Shown here one piece after another: positions 29,997 to 39,320 of a stretch of DNA of 60,287 nucleotides. The stretch comes from Candidatus Kapaibacterium sp. (GTDB lineage Bacteria > Bacteroidota > Ignavibacteria > Kapaibacteriales > UBA2268): contig JAVSMQ010000001.1 of NCBI GenBank assembly GCA_032027125.1, forward strand, positions 1,234,242-1,294,528, in the 5' to 3' direction. The position numbers were made by a program, and so were the translations under genes. Positions within the stretch are counted from its first letter, which is position 1; each line of letters begins with the position of its first letter. Under the pieces are notes generated by a model. That model was given only the letters and a program-made list of their open reading frames with translations, had not been told where the DNA came from and did no database searches.

Positions 29997-30253
29997 ATGC
30001 AGAATGACGATAACTCAATAATAATAGTATAAAGAGATAGTTGGCAGTGGATTTTGACTGATTTTTTCAGATTTGATTAAAGAAAAGTTCAAAAATTTGA
30101 TAATACTTTATTCCTTTCAAAAAAATAAAAATTTATTTGCAAAGAAATTTGTGCTTTTGATAAAAGAAGAATTTTAATATTAATGATTTAATAAAGGAGC
30201 AATTTTAAAATCTTATAAAGTTAAAATACAAAATTTACTGATTCGTTACTATT

Positions 30254-30276
30254 TTTGTACAGAATATTGTACAGAT
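30254..30276 (+). promoter_or_regulatory. yefM-yoeB operator (two TGTACA cores 12 bp apart)
   Basis: tgtaca at 30256 and 30268, the core known from YefM-YoeB operators. Confidence 0.7.
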
Positions 30277-30301
30277 TTTATAAATAATTGGTAAATTTGA
30301 T

Positions 30302-30556
30302 ATGCTTACAACAACAATTACTGATTTCAGAAAAGATATTAAAAGTTACTTAGACAAAGTTACAGATAATTATGAAACCCTGATTATCAATCGCGGTGGT
30401 GACAGCGGAGTAGTAATAATGTCTTTAGATGAATTCAATTCGTTAAATGCAACAAATCATGAGTTGTCGTCGAAGAAGAATGAAAAGAGGCTTGATTCTG
30501 CAATTCAGAAATTTAGAACCGGAAAATCTTTTACAAAAGAACTAATTGAAATATGA
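30302..30556 (+). CDS. yefM: Phd/YefM antitoxin
   Basis: TDFRKDIK.YLD.V...ETLII.R...VV.MSL.EFNSL. Confidence 0.92.
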   Translation: MLTTTITDFRKDIKSYLDKVTDNYETLIINRGGDSGVVIMSLDEFNSLNATNHELSSKKNEKRLDSAIQKFRTGKSFTKELIEI

Positions 30557-30810
30557 TATATTCATTTGTTGACGAGTCTTGGGAAGATTATATCTATTGG
30601 CAAAATACGGACAAAAAAATCCTAAAAAGTATAAATGAATTATTGAAAGAAATTTCAAGAACTCCATATTCAGGTCTTGGTAAACCCGAACCTTTAAAAC
30701 ATAAATACCGCGGATACTGGTCAAGAAGAATTAATGATGAACACCGCTTTATCTATCAAATAAGAGGAGATGAGGTTTTAATTGCAAAATGCAGGTTTCA
30801 CTATGATTGA
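30553..30810 (+). CDS. yoeB: Txe/YoeB toxin
   Basis: WEDY.YWQ...GLGKPEPLK...GYWSRRI.DEHR...CRFHY. Confidence 0.95.
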   Translation: MIYSFVDESWEDYIYWQNTDKKILKSINELLKEISRTPYSGLGKPEPLKHKYRGYWSRRINDEHRFIYQIRGDEVLIAKCRFHYD

Positions 30811-31055
30811 ATATTGTTTAGTAGTCTTAAGTCTAATATTTATATTAAGTATAATTTCAATCAAATATCAAAATTAATAAGAATAAATTAAAATCAAATT
30901 TAAATCGGAATTACAAATAAACTTACACAGATATATCAATAGCACTAATTAAAATTTCTGAAAGTTTTAATATTTCACATCTTTTTGTTATTTTTAAAGT
31001 TTAATTAATGAATTATGATAATTTAAAATTAATAACTAAAAAGAAGTAAATTAAC

Positions 31056-31910
31056 ATGGAACAGGAATTACAAAAAATACTTGATTCTTATACTCAAATC
31101 CAAAACAATAAGCCGATTGATGATTTTGAAGGATATTCGGCAACAGAAATGGATTATATTCTCTACGATACTTTTGGAGAAAAAAGCCCGATTAAATTAT
31201 TGAAAATGAAGGAATCAGATTATAATTCGATTCCAATATTGAACATAATTAAATATACCTGCACTTTGATAGAAAATGAAGGTGAAATTAAATTAACCCA
31301 AACCGGTGCTCTGCCAAGAAGAATTGTTCTTGATATTTATGCCAAAGGATTTTTCAAAGAGGATTATATTGAAAAGGGATATGTAAAATTGTTAAAAGAA
31401 GCCGATTCGCTGATAATACACCTTTGTAAAAATTTAATCTTAGTATCAAAATTGGTCAAAGTAAGAAATAATAAAATAAGTATGACTGAATCCGGCAAGA
31501 AAATCATCATGAATAATCATGAATTATTGAAATTGATTTTTCTGACATTCGGTCAGCGTTTCAATATGGGTTATTATGATTTATATGGCGATAGTAATAT
31601 CGGCAACATAGGATTTGGTTATTCAATTTTCTTAGTGAGTAGATTTGGAGTAGTCAAACGTCCGGGTTCATATTATTCAAAAAAATATTTCAAAGCTTTT
31701 CCATATTTGTTAAGTTCATTAGTCCCAAATGATTACCATTCTGTAGAATCACAAGCTGATTCTTGTTATTCACTCCGTACTTTCAGTAGATTTCTTGATT
31801 ATTTTGGTCTTATTAATATTCATTATCAGGGGAAATGGGATTTAGAAGTTTCCTTAATAAAAACGGAATTATTTGACAAATTAATAAAATGCAGTATTCA
31901 CAAATCTTAA
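31056..31910 (+). CDS. Conserved hypothetical protein
   Basis: 284-aa ORF; N.P.DDFEG.S..EM and IKLT.TG.LP motifs. Confidence 0.75.
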   Translation: MEQELQKILDSYTQIQNNKPIDDFEGYSATEMDYILYDTFGEKSPIKLLKMKESDYNSIPILNIIKYTCTLIENEGEIKLTQTGALPRRIVLDIYAKGFFKEDYIEKGYVKLLKEADSLIIHLCKNLILVSKLVKVRNNKISMTESGKKIIMNNHELLKLIFLTFGQRFNMGYYDLYGDSNIGNIGFGYSIFLVSRFGVVKRPGSYYSKKYFKAFPYLLSSLVPNDYHSVESQADSCYSLRTFSRFLDYFGLINIHYQGKWDLEVSLIKTELFDKLIKCSIHKS

Positions 31911-32018
31911 ATTTTATTTCGGCTACGATTTAGCCTGATAGCCGGCTAAGCAGGATTCAAGCAAATTATGAGAAAATTCAAATTTAAAAGTTTATCAAAA
32001 TAATAGCAGGTTTATTTT

Positions 32019-32579
32019 ATGAAAGTTATGTGTCTTAGCTGTAATGATTCAAAAGGTAAAAGGGACTGCCCTGCATTAAACGGAATGATTTGTTCAGTTT
32101 GCTGCGGAACTAAGAGATTGAAGGAAATACAATGTCCGGATGATTGCTTGTATTTGGAAAGCAGTAGTAATTATCTTGCTGTAAAAGGAATTTCTCAGAC
32201 AATTTCAAATACATTTAAAAGCGAAGCTGATGATATTTTTAAAATTCCGGCAGTTTCAATTGAACTTGCAGCTCCATTTGAAAGCTTTTTGTCAAACAAT
32301 TTTTATCTGAACAGTACTATAAATGATGATGATATATATAGTGCATTATCAAAAATATATTTGTGGCAGACCAAACAAAGCAATGATTTTGTTGTAGTTA
32401 GAGATTATGAAAAAATTATTTTTGATGAATTTTGCGAAATTTTCGGCAATTCATCATTATCAGATGATTTAAAATCAAAAACGATTTTGAGAATTCTAAT
32501 GTCTATAAAAAAAGTTTCCGGCGGTGTATTTGGAAACAGGAATTATCTAAGATTTATTTCAGAACAATTCTTTATGTGA
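32019..32579 (+). CDS. Hypothetical protein with Cys-rich (zinc-finger-like) N-terminus
   Basis: CLSC...GKRDCPAL...ICSVCCG.KR...I.CP.DC.YL. Confidence 0.75.
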   Translation: MKVMCLSCNDSKGKRDCPALNGMICSVCCGTKRLKEIQCPDDCLYLESSSNYLAVKGISQTISNTFKSEADDIFKIPAVSIELAAPFESFLSNNFYLNSTINDDDIYSALSKIYLWQTKQSNDFVVVRDYEKIIFDEFCEIFGNSSLSDDLKSKTILRILMSIKKVSGGVFGNRNYLRFISEQFFM

Positions 32580-32732
32580 AGTAATCGGTAAATTCTTGAG
32601 ACAAAATATTCCAAAGCGGGTAATTGAATTATTAGCGGTAATATTTTGAAATTAATTGATATTTCACTACTTTTATTTTTTTCGGATTGCAGTTTATTGA
32701 ATAATCATTTTTGAAAACGCGGGTATAAAATT

Positions 32733-33266
32733 ATGACTGAAGAACATTTAAGATTTCCAATCGGGAAGTTTATAAAAACACCGAATCCTTCTAAAGAGTT
32801 TCTGAATCAGTGTATTACTATTATTGAAGAATTTCCTGCTAAAATCAGACTCGAAACAGAGAACCTGAATGATACACAGCTTGATACCCGTTACAGAGAC
32901 GGAGGCTGGACAATCAGACAGGTTGTTCACCACATTGCTGACAGCCATGTAAACAGTCTGGTACGTTTTAAATTGACTCTCACAGAAGACAAACCTATCG
33001 TAAAACCTTATTTTGAAGATAGGTGGGCAGAGCTTGCCGATAGTAAGTTCATGCCGGTTGAACCTGCTTTGCAAATGATAGAAGGTATCCACAAAAGATG
33101 GGTATATCTTCTCAGGTCAATGTCAGAATCTGATTTCAGTAAAAGTTTTATCCATCCTGAACACGGCAGTGAGGTAATTCTTTCCGATGTCATTCAGCTT
33201 TATGCCTGGCACAGCAAACATCATTTAGCACATATTACAACATTGAAACGCAGTAAACAATGGTAG
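32733..33266 (+). CDS. YfiT/BstA-family (DinB superfamily) thiol transferase
   Basis: LRFPIG, YR.GGWTIRQVVHH.ADSH, YAWH..HHLAHI. Confidence 0.92.
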   Translation: MTEEHLRFPIGKFIKTPNPSKEFLNQCITIIEEFPAKIRLETENLNDTQLDTRYRDGGWTIRQVVHHIADSHVNSLVRFKLTLTEDKPIVKPYFEDRWAELADSKFMPVEPALQMIEGIHKRWVYLLRSMSESDFSKSFIHPEHGSEVILSDVIQLYAWHSKHHLAHITTLKRSKQW

Positions 33267-33282
33267 CTGGGCAGTATAATAT

Positions 33283-33390
33283 ATGTTGAATCAATTTGAA
33301 CAAATAACCATAATTGATGTGACCGCAGATAATGTATCTGATGTCGGAATTTATTGCATTAAGGATAGAAAGTTAAGCGGTTACCGGTTA
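33283..33390 (+). pseudogene. N-terminal fragment of a YoaP/GNAT-like gene
   Basis: IIDVTADNV...GIYCIKDRK..GY resembles YoaP-type N-termini; the sequence then loses coding character. Confidence 0.4.
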
Positions 33391-33700
33391 TTACACCGAA
33401 AGTCTTATAACTATTACACCCCGAAAATAATATTACTATTATTGCAGCATATAAATACTTTTTCATCCAATTCTCCTTTTAAAAAAATCAAGAAATTTTA
33501 AGCCTAATTTTTACAATTAATTCAAATTTATTTAATAAGTCACTTAAACGTTATTGGATTTTGTATATTTTGGAAATTAAGGTTAAGAGTCTTATAATAA
33601 TTCTTTGAATTGATAAATCAATTAATTACTTTTGTAATAGATAATATTCTGATACCTTTAAATATTGCTAAAAAAAATTTATAAATAAAAATTAATAGAA

Positions 33701-35491
33701 ATGCAGAAATATTCAGTAAACCAACACTTAATTGAGACAGTTTTAGCTTGGGTAAATTCCGGTGAGATAGCAATTCCTGAAATTCAAAGACCATTCGTTT
33801 GGGATAGTTCAAAAGTTCGTGACTTAATGGATAGTTTATATCAAGGCTATCCTATTGGCTATGTTATTGCTTGGAGAAATCCCAATGTAAGATTGAAAGA
33901 TGGAAGTATGAGTGAAGGCAAAAAAATACTCATTGATGGACAACAAAGGGTTACAGCATTAACAGCAGCAATTTTAGGTCAATATGTTATAAACAAAACT
34001 TATGAAAGGGTAAAAATAAAAATCGCATTTAATCCGATTTCAGAAAAGTTTGAAGTACAAAATCCAGCAATTTTAAAAGATAAAACATGGCTACATGATA
34101 TTTCTAATGTCTTTAATGGAAATTTCAGTCTCCTGTCATTAGTTCGTGATTATTTAATACTGAATCCTGATTCAGATGAAAATAAAATTGAAAGAGCTTT
34201 TACTAATCTTGTAAATATCCCCAAAAAGCAAATTGGTCTTATTGAGCTATCTCATGATTTGGATATAGAGACAGTAACTTAGATTTTCATTCGTATAAAT
34301 TCAAAAGGAGTCGTATTAAGTCAGGCAGATTTTGCAATGAGTAAAATTGCGTCAAATACTGAATATAATGGAAATGAGTTAAGAAAAGCAATAGATTATT
34401 TTTGTCATTTAGCAATTGCTCCGGAATTTTATAAACACATTGTTGAAAATGATGTTGAATTTACAAAAACAGATTTCTTCCCAAAGATGAATTGGTTAAA
34501 AACAGAGAATGAGGATTTATATGACCCAGACTATAATGACCTGATACGAGTGGCATTTACAACCCAATTTAATAGAGGTAGATTATCTGATTTAGTTAGT
34601 TTACTTTCCGGTAGAAATTTTGAAACAAGAACTTTTGAGGATACAATTGCTGAACAGTCATTTGCAAAATTAAAAAATGGAGTAAACAACTTCATTAACG
34701 AAACAAATTTTAAGCGGTTTCTGATGATTGTTAAATCTGCCGGTTTTATTTCTTCAAAACTTATCCGATCTCAAAATGCCATTAATTTCGCATACATTGT
34801 ATATTTAAAACTAAAAGAATTAGGAGTTAATACTGTTTTAATTGAGAGTTATGTCCGACGCTGGCTTGTTTATTCAATTTTAACAGGAAGATATTCAGGA
34901 TCTCCCGAAAGTTACTTCGATTTTGATATTAAGCAAATTTCTCAAAAACCATTTGACGAATATCTACTGGAAAAGGAAGAAGGAGAATTATCAGATGCAT
35001 TTTGGAATGCTTCATTACCTCAAAGTTTGGATACATCTGTTGCAAGTAGTCCTTATTTCCATGTCTATTTGGCATCACAAGTAAAAGTAAATGATAAAGG
35101 ATTCTTATCATCTGATATTACTGTGAACGACCTTATTTCTCACCGTGGAGATATTCATCATCTTTTTCCTAAGGATTACTTAAAGAAAAAAGGATTAGAT
35201 AAGAGTCAGTATAATCAAATTGCAAACTACGTATATATGCAATCGGAAATAAATATAAAAATTGGGAATAAACCTCCAATTGAATATTTTGATGTATTAA
35301 CAAAACAAATGATTGATAATAACAGACAAGTTAGTGGGATAGTTTCAGAAAATGAACTTTTAGACAACTTAAGAATGAATAGTGTTCCTTTAGAAGTTAT
35401 GCAAATGAACATTGATAATTATTATGATTTTTTGAATCAAAGAAGGAAATTAATGGCAACAAAAATAAAGGAATATTATCACTCATTATGA
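33701..35491 (+). pseudogene. DUF262 (GmrSD-type) protein interrupted by one in-frame TAG at 34280-34282
   Basis: [36 protein letters not shown]...N; both ORFs are in the same frame with 18 open codons between them. Confidence 0.88.
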
Positions 35492-35567
35492 TGAAGTTAA
35501 ATTTAATCATTTAGCTTTAATTCTAAATTATTAGGGCATTGAATTCAAATATTTATTATTTAATAAT

Positions 35568-36929
35568 TCACTCCCTCACCACCTTCCTGCTAACCACCGG
35601 ATAGCCGTTTTCCATTATATTCAGAATGTATGCGCCTTTTCGCAAATCGGATAAATCAATTGTGAAATTTGTTAACTGAATTTCACCTGCTTTGATTATC
35701 TTAACGGTCTGACCGGAAATATTTACAAGCGAGACAGACATATCTGGATTCGGCAGTTCAGCAAATCTGAGATGTATTGACTCTGATGCCGGATTTGGAT
35801 ACAAAAACAATTTCATATTAGAATAATTGCCTGAAATATCTTTTACGCCGCTCGGGATATTATTTATAGTCCACCTAACCGATTGAACATCAATTGTGTC
35901 GTAATTGTCAATTCTGATATTTTGAGTTGTATCGCGGATATAAACTATAAGAGAATTGCTGCCCTCAGCCAACTGATTTTTTTCAATGTCAATACTTTCG
36001 CTGTTTAAATTGATTTGCCCGGAATTCAAGACCCATTCAATTTTCAAAGAATTTTCAAGCGGCTTAACCAATTGTATATTAAAAGTGACAGGGAACGAAT
36101 CCGGTACTACGGTTTCGGATGTCGGTGTAAATGATTCAAGCGGTGATGTCAGTTTGTGGATTCTCGCAATAACAGTCTGCAGGCATACAGGACAAAAAGC
36201 TCTGCCTAAACTCCGCATCAGACAGTTTTCGTGCGGTCTGTACCACTCGGCAGAATTACCTCCGCAGCAGTGCTGATAAATCCCGACACCGAAATCGCCG
36301 TACCAGTTTTTCCATTTAACCATTACGGGGTCGGTTTCTTTAGTCATATTAAACCCCTCACGTGCATACTGGTCACCGGCATAATATTCGTCTTTCAAGC
36401 CTGCAATCGAATGTCCGACCTCGTGCAATACGATTTCACCTGCACCCTGAATTACTGAAGATGTAGCCACCCATCCGCCCGAACCACCGTACTTTGTTGA
36501 ATTGACAAGCATAATAACCTGGTCGTATTGGGGAAAGTTTGATGATAAAGCGCCAGTTATCCGTGCATATTTTGTTGGAGTCAGGAGACGGTCTATACCG
36601 CCTGAATTGAAAGTACTGCCGTAATAGTTGTCAATCAATTTTGTCGGGTCCATTGCAGCTCCGCTAACATTTGAAGGAGTTTTGATAGTGAATACATTGA
36701 AATAATTGCGGTAATTATTGAATGGTTCTTCTTCGAAAAAGTAATCAATAAATCTTCTTGACTGAATATCAAATGAGTCAAGTTCCGACTCTAAATATCC
36801 GTCGCCGAGAACAACTATATTTATCCGGGAGTCAATACTGCCGTTAAAAATTAAGGTATCAACTTCAAATTTTTGAGCAAAAACCGGAACCGATATTAAC
36901 AAAATAATTAGTTTAATCAGCATTTTCAT
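35568..36929 (-). CDS. M64 (IgA peptidase family) metallopeptidase with T9SS sorting domain
   Basis: INIVVLGDGY, YGGSGG, HEVGHS.AGL.DEY, YRP..NCLMR...FCPVC, LYPNPA CTD. Confidence 0.92.
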   Translation of the reverse strand: MKMLIKLIILLISVPVFAQKFEVDTLIFNGSIDSRINIVVLGDGYLESELDSFDIQSRRFIDYFFEEEPFNNYRNYFNVFTIKTPSNVSGAAMDPTKLIDNYYGSTFNSGGIDRLLTPTKYARITGALSSNFPQYDQVIMLVNSTKYGGSGGWVATSSVIQGAGEIVLHEVGHSIAGLKDEYYAGDQYAREGFNMTKETDPVMVKWKNWYGDFGVGIYQHCCGGNSAEWYRPHENCLMRSLGRAFCPVCLQTVIARIHKLTSPLESFTPTSETVVPDSFPVTFNIQLVKPLENSLKIEWVLNSGQINLNSESIDIEKNQLAEGSNSLIVYIRDTTQNIRIDNYDTIDVQSVRWTINNIPSGVKDISGNYSNMKLFLYPNPASESIHLRFAELPNPDMSVSLVNISGQTVKIIKAGEIQLTNFTIDLSDLRKGAYILNIMENGYPVVSRKVVRE

Positions 36930-37431
36930 TAAATATTTCCTTTAGATTTATTTTCATAAGTTCAATAGTATCTCTGCCATTATTTTTGTCAAGTAATTTA
37001 ACAATAATATATGACGAGCCTGACGCAAATCTCGTTCGCAGTGAATATTCTCTTTCAGTAACTTTTGATTCAGCCCAAACGAGGGTACCGTCCTCATCTG
37101 AATATTCATTTTTTAAAATAAATGAATTATCAATAATTATTGTTTTTAAATGGTTTAGTTTATCATCCGTGAATGAAATAATCACATCTCCTTTTTCAGC
37201 TTTCTCCTTACTATCAAAATCTGTTTTCAGGCTGCCCGGAACAATTTTGATATTTATTAATCCGGCACTTGATTTATTTAATAATGAATCATATCTGAAA
37301 AATAAATCCAGAAAAAGAATCTGTGGTTTCGGACTGTTTAATATACTGTCAAAATCAGCTTTCTCTGCAGGCTGTGTAACTTTGCAGGAAACTAAGATTA
37401 AAATTAATAATATGAAAATTAATTTTTTCAA
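36913..37431 (-). CDS. Hypothetical lipoprotein coupled to the M64 peptidase
   Basis: Lipobox ILVSC; overlaps the pgi stop and the peptidase start. Confidence 0.7.
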   Translation of the reverse strand: MKKLIFILLILILVSCKVTQPAEKADFDSILNSPKPQILFLDLFFRYDSLLNKSSAGLINIKIVPGSLKTDFDSKEKAEKGDVIISFTDDKLNHLKTIIIDNSFILKNEYSDEDGTLVWAESKVTEREYSLRTRFASGSSYIIVKLLDKNNGRDTIELMKINLKEIFNENAD

Positions 37432-39071
37432 CTTTTACTGCTTTTATAATAATTTATCAGTGCATTTGTTGATGAGTCGTGACCGGTTATTTCTCCACTT
37501 TTTGCGAAATCTTCAAGTATTCCTTTTGCAAGCTGCTTTCCGAGTTCGACCCCCCATTGGTCGAAAGAATTAAGCTCCCAGATTATACCCTGTACAAATA
37601 CTTTATGCTCGTACATTGCAATCAGCATACCGAGTGTCTCAGGAGTAAGTGATTGATATAAAATCGTATTTGTGGGCTTATTACCCGGAAAGATTTTGTG
37701 AGGCAGCAGCGACTCAATATCCTGATTATTCATTCCGGCAGCTTCCAATTCGTCTCTAACTTCATCCTCTGTTTTGCCTTTCATCAATGCTTCGGTTTGG
37801 GCAAAAAAGTTTGACATAAGTATATCGTGCTGAGATTTATCTCCCGAACGGCAGTCTGTACCGGCGATAAAATCGGCAGGTATTAGTTGAGTACCCTGAT
37901 GTATAAGCTGGAAAAAAGAATGCTGCGAGTTAGTGCCGATTGTCCCCCAAATCACAGGACCGGTTGTATAATCAACAATTGAACCATTTTTCGTAATTCG
38001 TTTTCCGTTACTTTCCATATCCAATTGCTGCAAAAATTCGGTAAATTTAAGCAGGTTCTGGTCATAAGGAATTATCGCATAAGTTGATGCCTGCCAGAAG
38101 TTTGCATACCAGATACCCAAAAGTGCAAGAATTACCGGAATATTTTGCTCGAAAGGAGTATGCCGGAAATGCTCATCCATTTTATTTGCGCCGTCAAGCA
38201 TTTTCAAAAAGTTGTCCGAACCTATCGAGACTGCTATTGACAATCCTATCACCGACCAAAGCGAGTAACGACCGCCTACCCAGTCCCAAAATCCGAAAAT
38301 CCGGTCATTTGCTATACCGAATTTAATGCAGGCTTCGATATTTGTCGAAAGTGCTGCAAAATGTTTTGCTAAAGCAGCTTCATCATTATCTGAATAACTC
38401 AGAAACCACTGTCGTGACTTTTCTGCATTTGCCATAGTTTCCTGAGTTGTAAAAGTTTTAGAAGCAATCAAAAATAAAGTAGTTTCAGGATTCAGCGATT
38501 TTAATTTATCATTAATATCTGTCGGGTCAACATTTGACACAAAATGAACTTTTACATCTCCGGTATAAGGAGCAAGAGCTGTACATACCATTTCCGGTCC
38601 TAAATGCGAGCCGCCGATTCCAATATTGACGACATCGGTTATCGCTTTTCCTGTAAAACCTTTATGAATTCCATTTCTTAAGGAGTCAGCAAATTCCATT
38701 GCTTTATCAAGTTCGATTTTAATATCAGGCATAACATCCTTGCCTTCAAAAGAAACGGAATTACCGGATAAATTTCTGAGAGCGGTATGCAGAACAGCCC
38801 TTTTCTCGGTAAAATTGATTTTTTCACCTGTGAACATTGCTTCAATATTTTCTTTCAAATCGGAATGTTTAGCCAGATTGATTAAAAGCCCAAGGGTTTT
38901 ATCATTAATCAGATTTTTTGAATAATCCAAAAGCAAATCTTCAAAAAAGATTGAATACTTTTCGAATCTTTCCGATTCGGCAGCAAACATATCCCGCATT
39001 GAACGAATTTCAATTTTATTTTTGTGTTCGCTGAGTTCTTTCCAAATTTCATTTTTCAGACTATTTTTCAT
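37428..39071 (-). CDS. pgi: Glucose-6-phosphate isomerase
   Basis: NIGIGGS.LGP, ASKTFTTQET, DWVGGRYSLWS, QQLDMESNGK, FDQWGVELGK. Confidence 0.98.
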   Translation of the reverse strand: MKNSLKNEIWKELSEHKNKIEIRSMRDMFAAESERFEKYSIFFEDLLLDYSKNLINDKTLGLLINLAKHSDLKENIEAMFTGEKINFTEKRAVLHTALRNLSGNSVSFEGKDVMPDIKIELDKAMEFADSLRNGIHKGFTGKAITDVVNIGIGGSHLGPEMVCTALAPYTGDVKVHFVSNVDPTDINDKLKSLNPETTLFLIASKTFTTQETMANAEKSRQWFLSYSDNDEAALAKHFAALSTNIEACIKFGIANDRIFGFWDWVGGRYSLWSVIGLSIAVSIGSDNFLKMLDGANKMDEHFRHTPFEQNIPVILALLGIWYANFWQASTYAIIPYDQNLLKFTEFLQQLDMESNGKRITKNGSIVDYTTGPVIWGTIGTNSQHSFFQLIHQGTQLIPADFIAGTDCRSGDKSQHDILMSNFFAQTEALMKGKTEDEVRDELEAAGMNNQDIESLLPHKIFPGNKPTNTILYQSLTPETLGMLIAMYEHKVFVQGIIWELNSFDQWGVELGKQLAKGILEDFAKSGEITGHDSSTNALINYYKSSKS

Positions 39072-39320
39072 TATCTTATTCCAAAATTATTTGTCATATT
39101 AACTTATTCAAAATTAAAAATTTTTATCGTTATAGACTCAAAAATATTGCTTAATCAAAATATTATTTTATCTTTTTGAAATTATATGATAAAATATTAA
39201 AAAGAGTTCACTATTGTTTATTCAATCTTTTATCATAAATAAAGATTTAGTCAATTATCTGCAACTATTTTCAAAATCAAAACGTATTTATGGCATTACT
39301 ATATAACTTTTGAGATAATT

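Noticed and set aside
34280-34282. Pyrrolysine or stop-codon reassignment
   Set aside because: TAG ends metB, hrcA, hom and other genes normally; no pyl genes seen; the expected residue is Glu (GAG).
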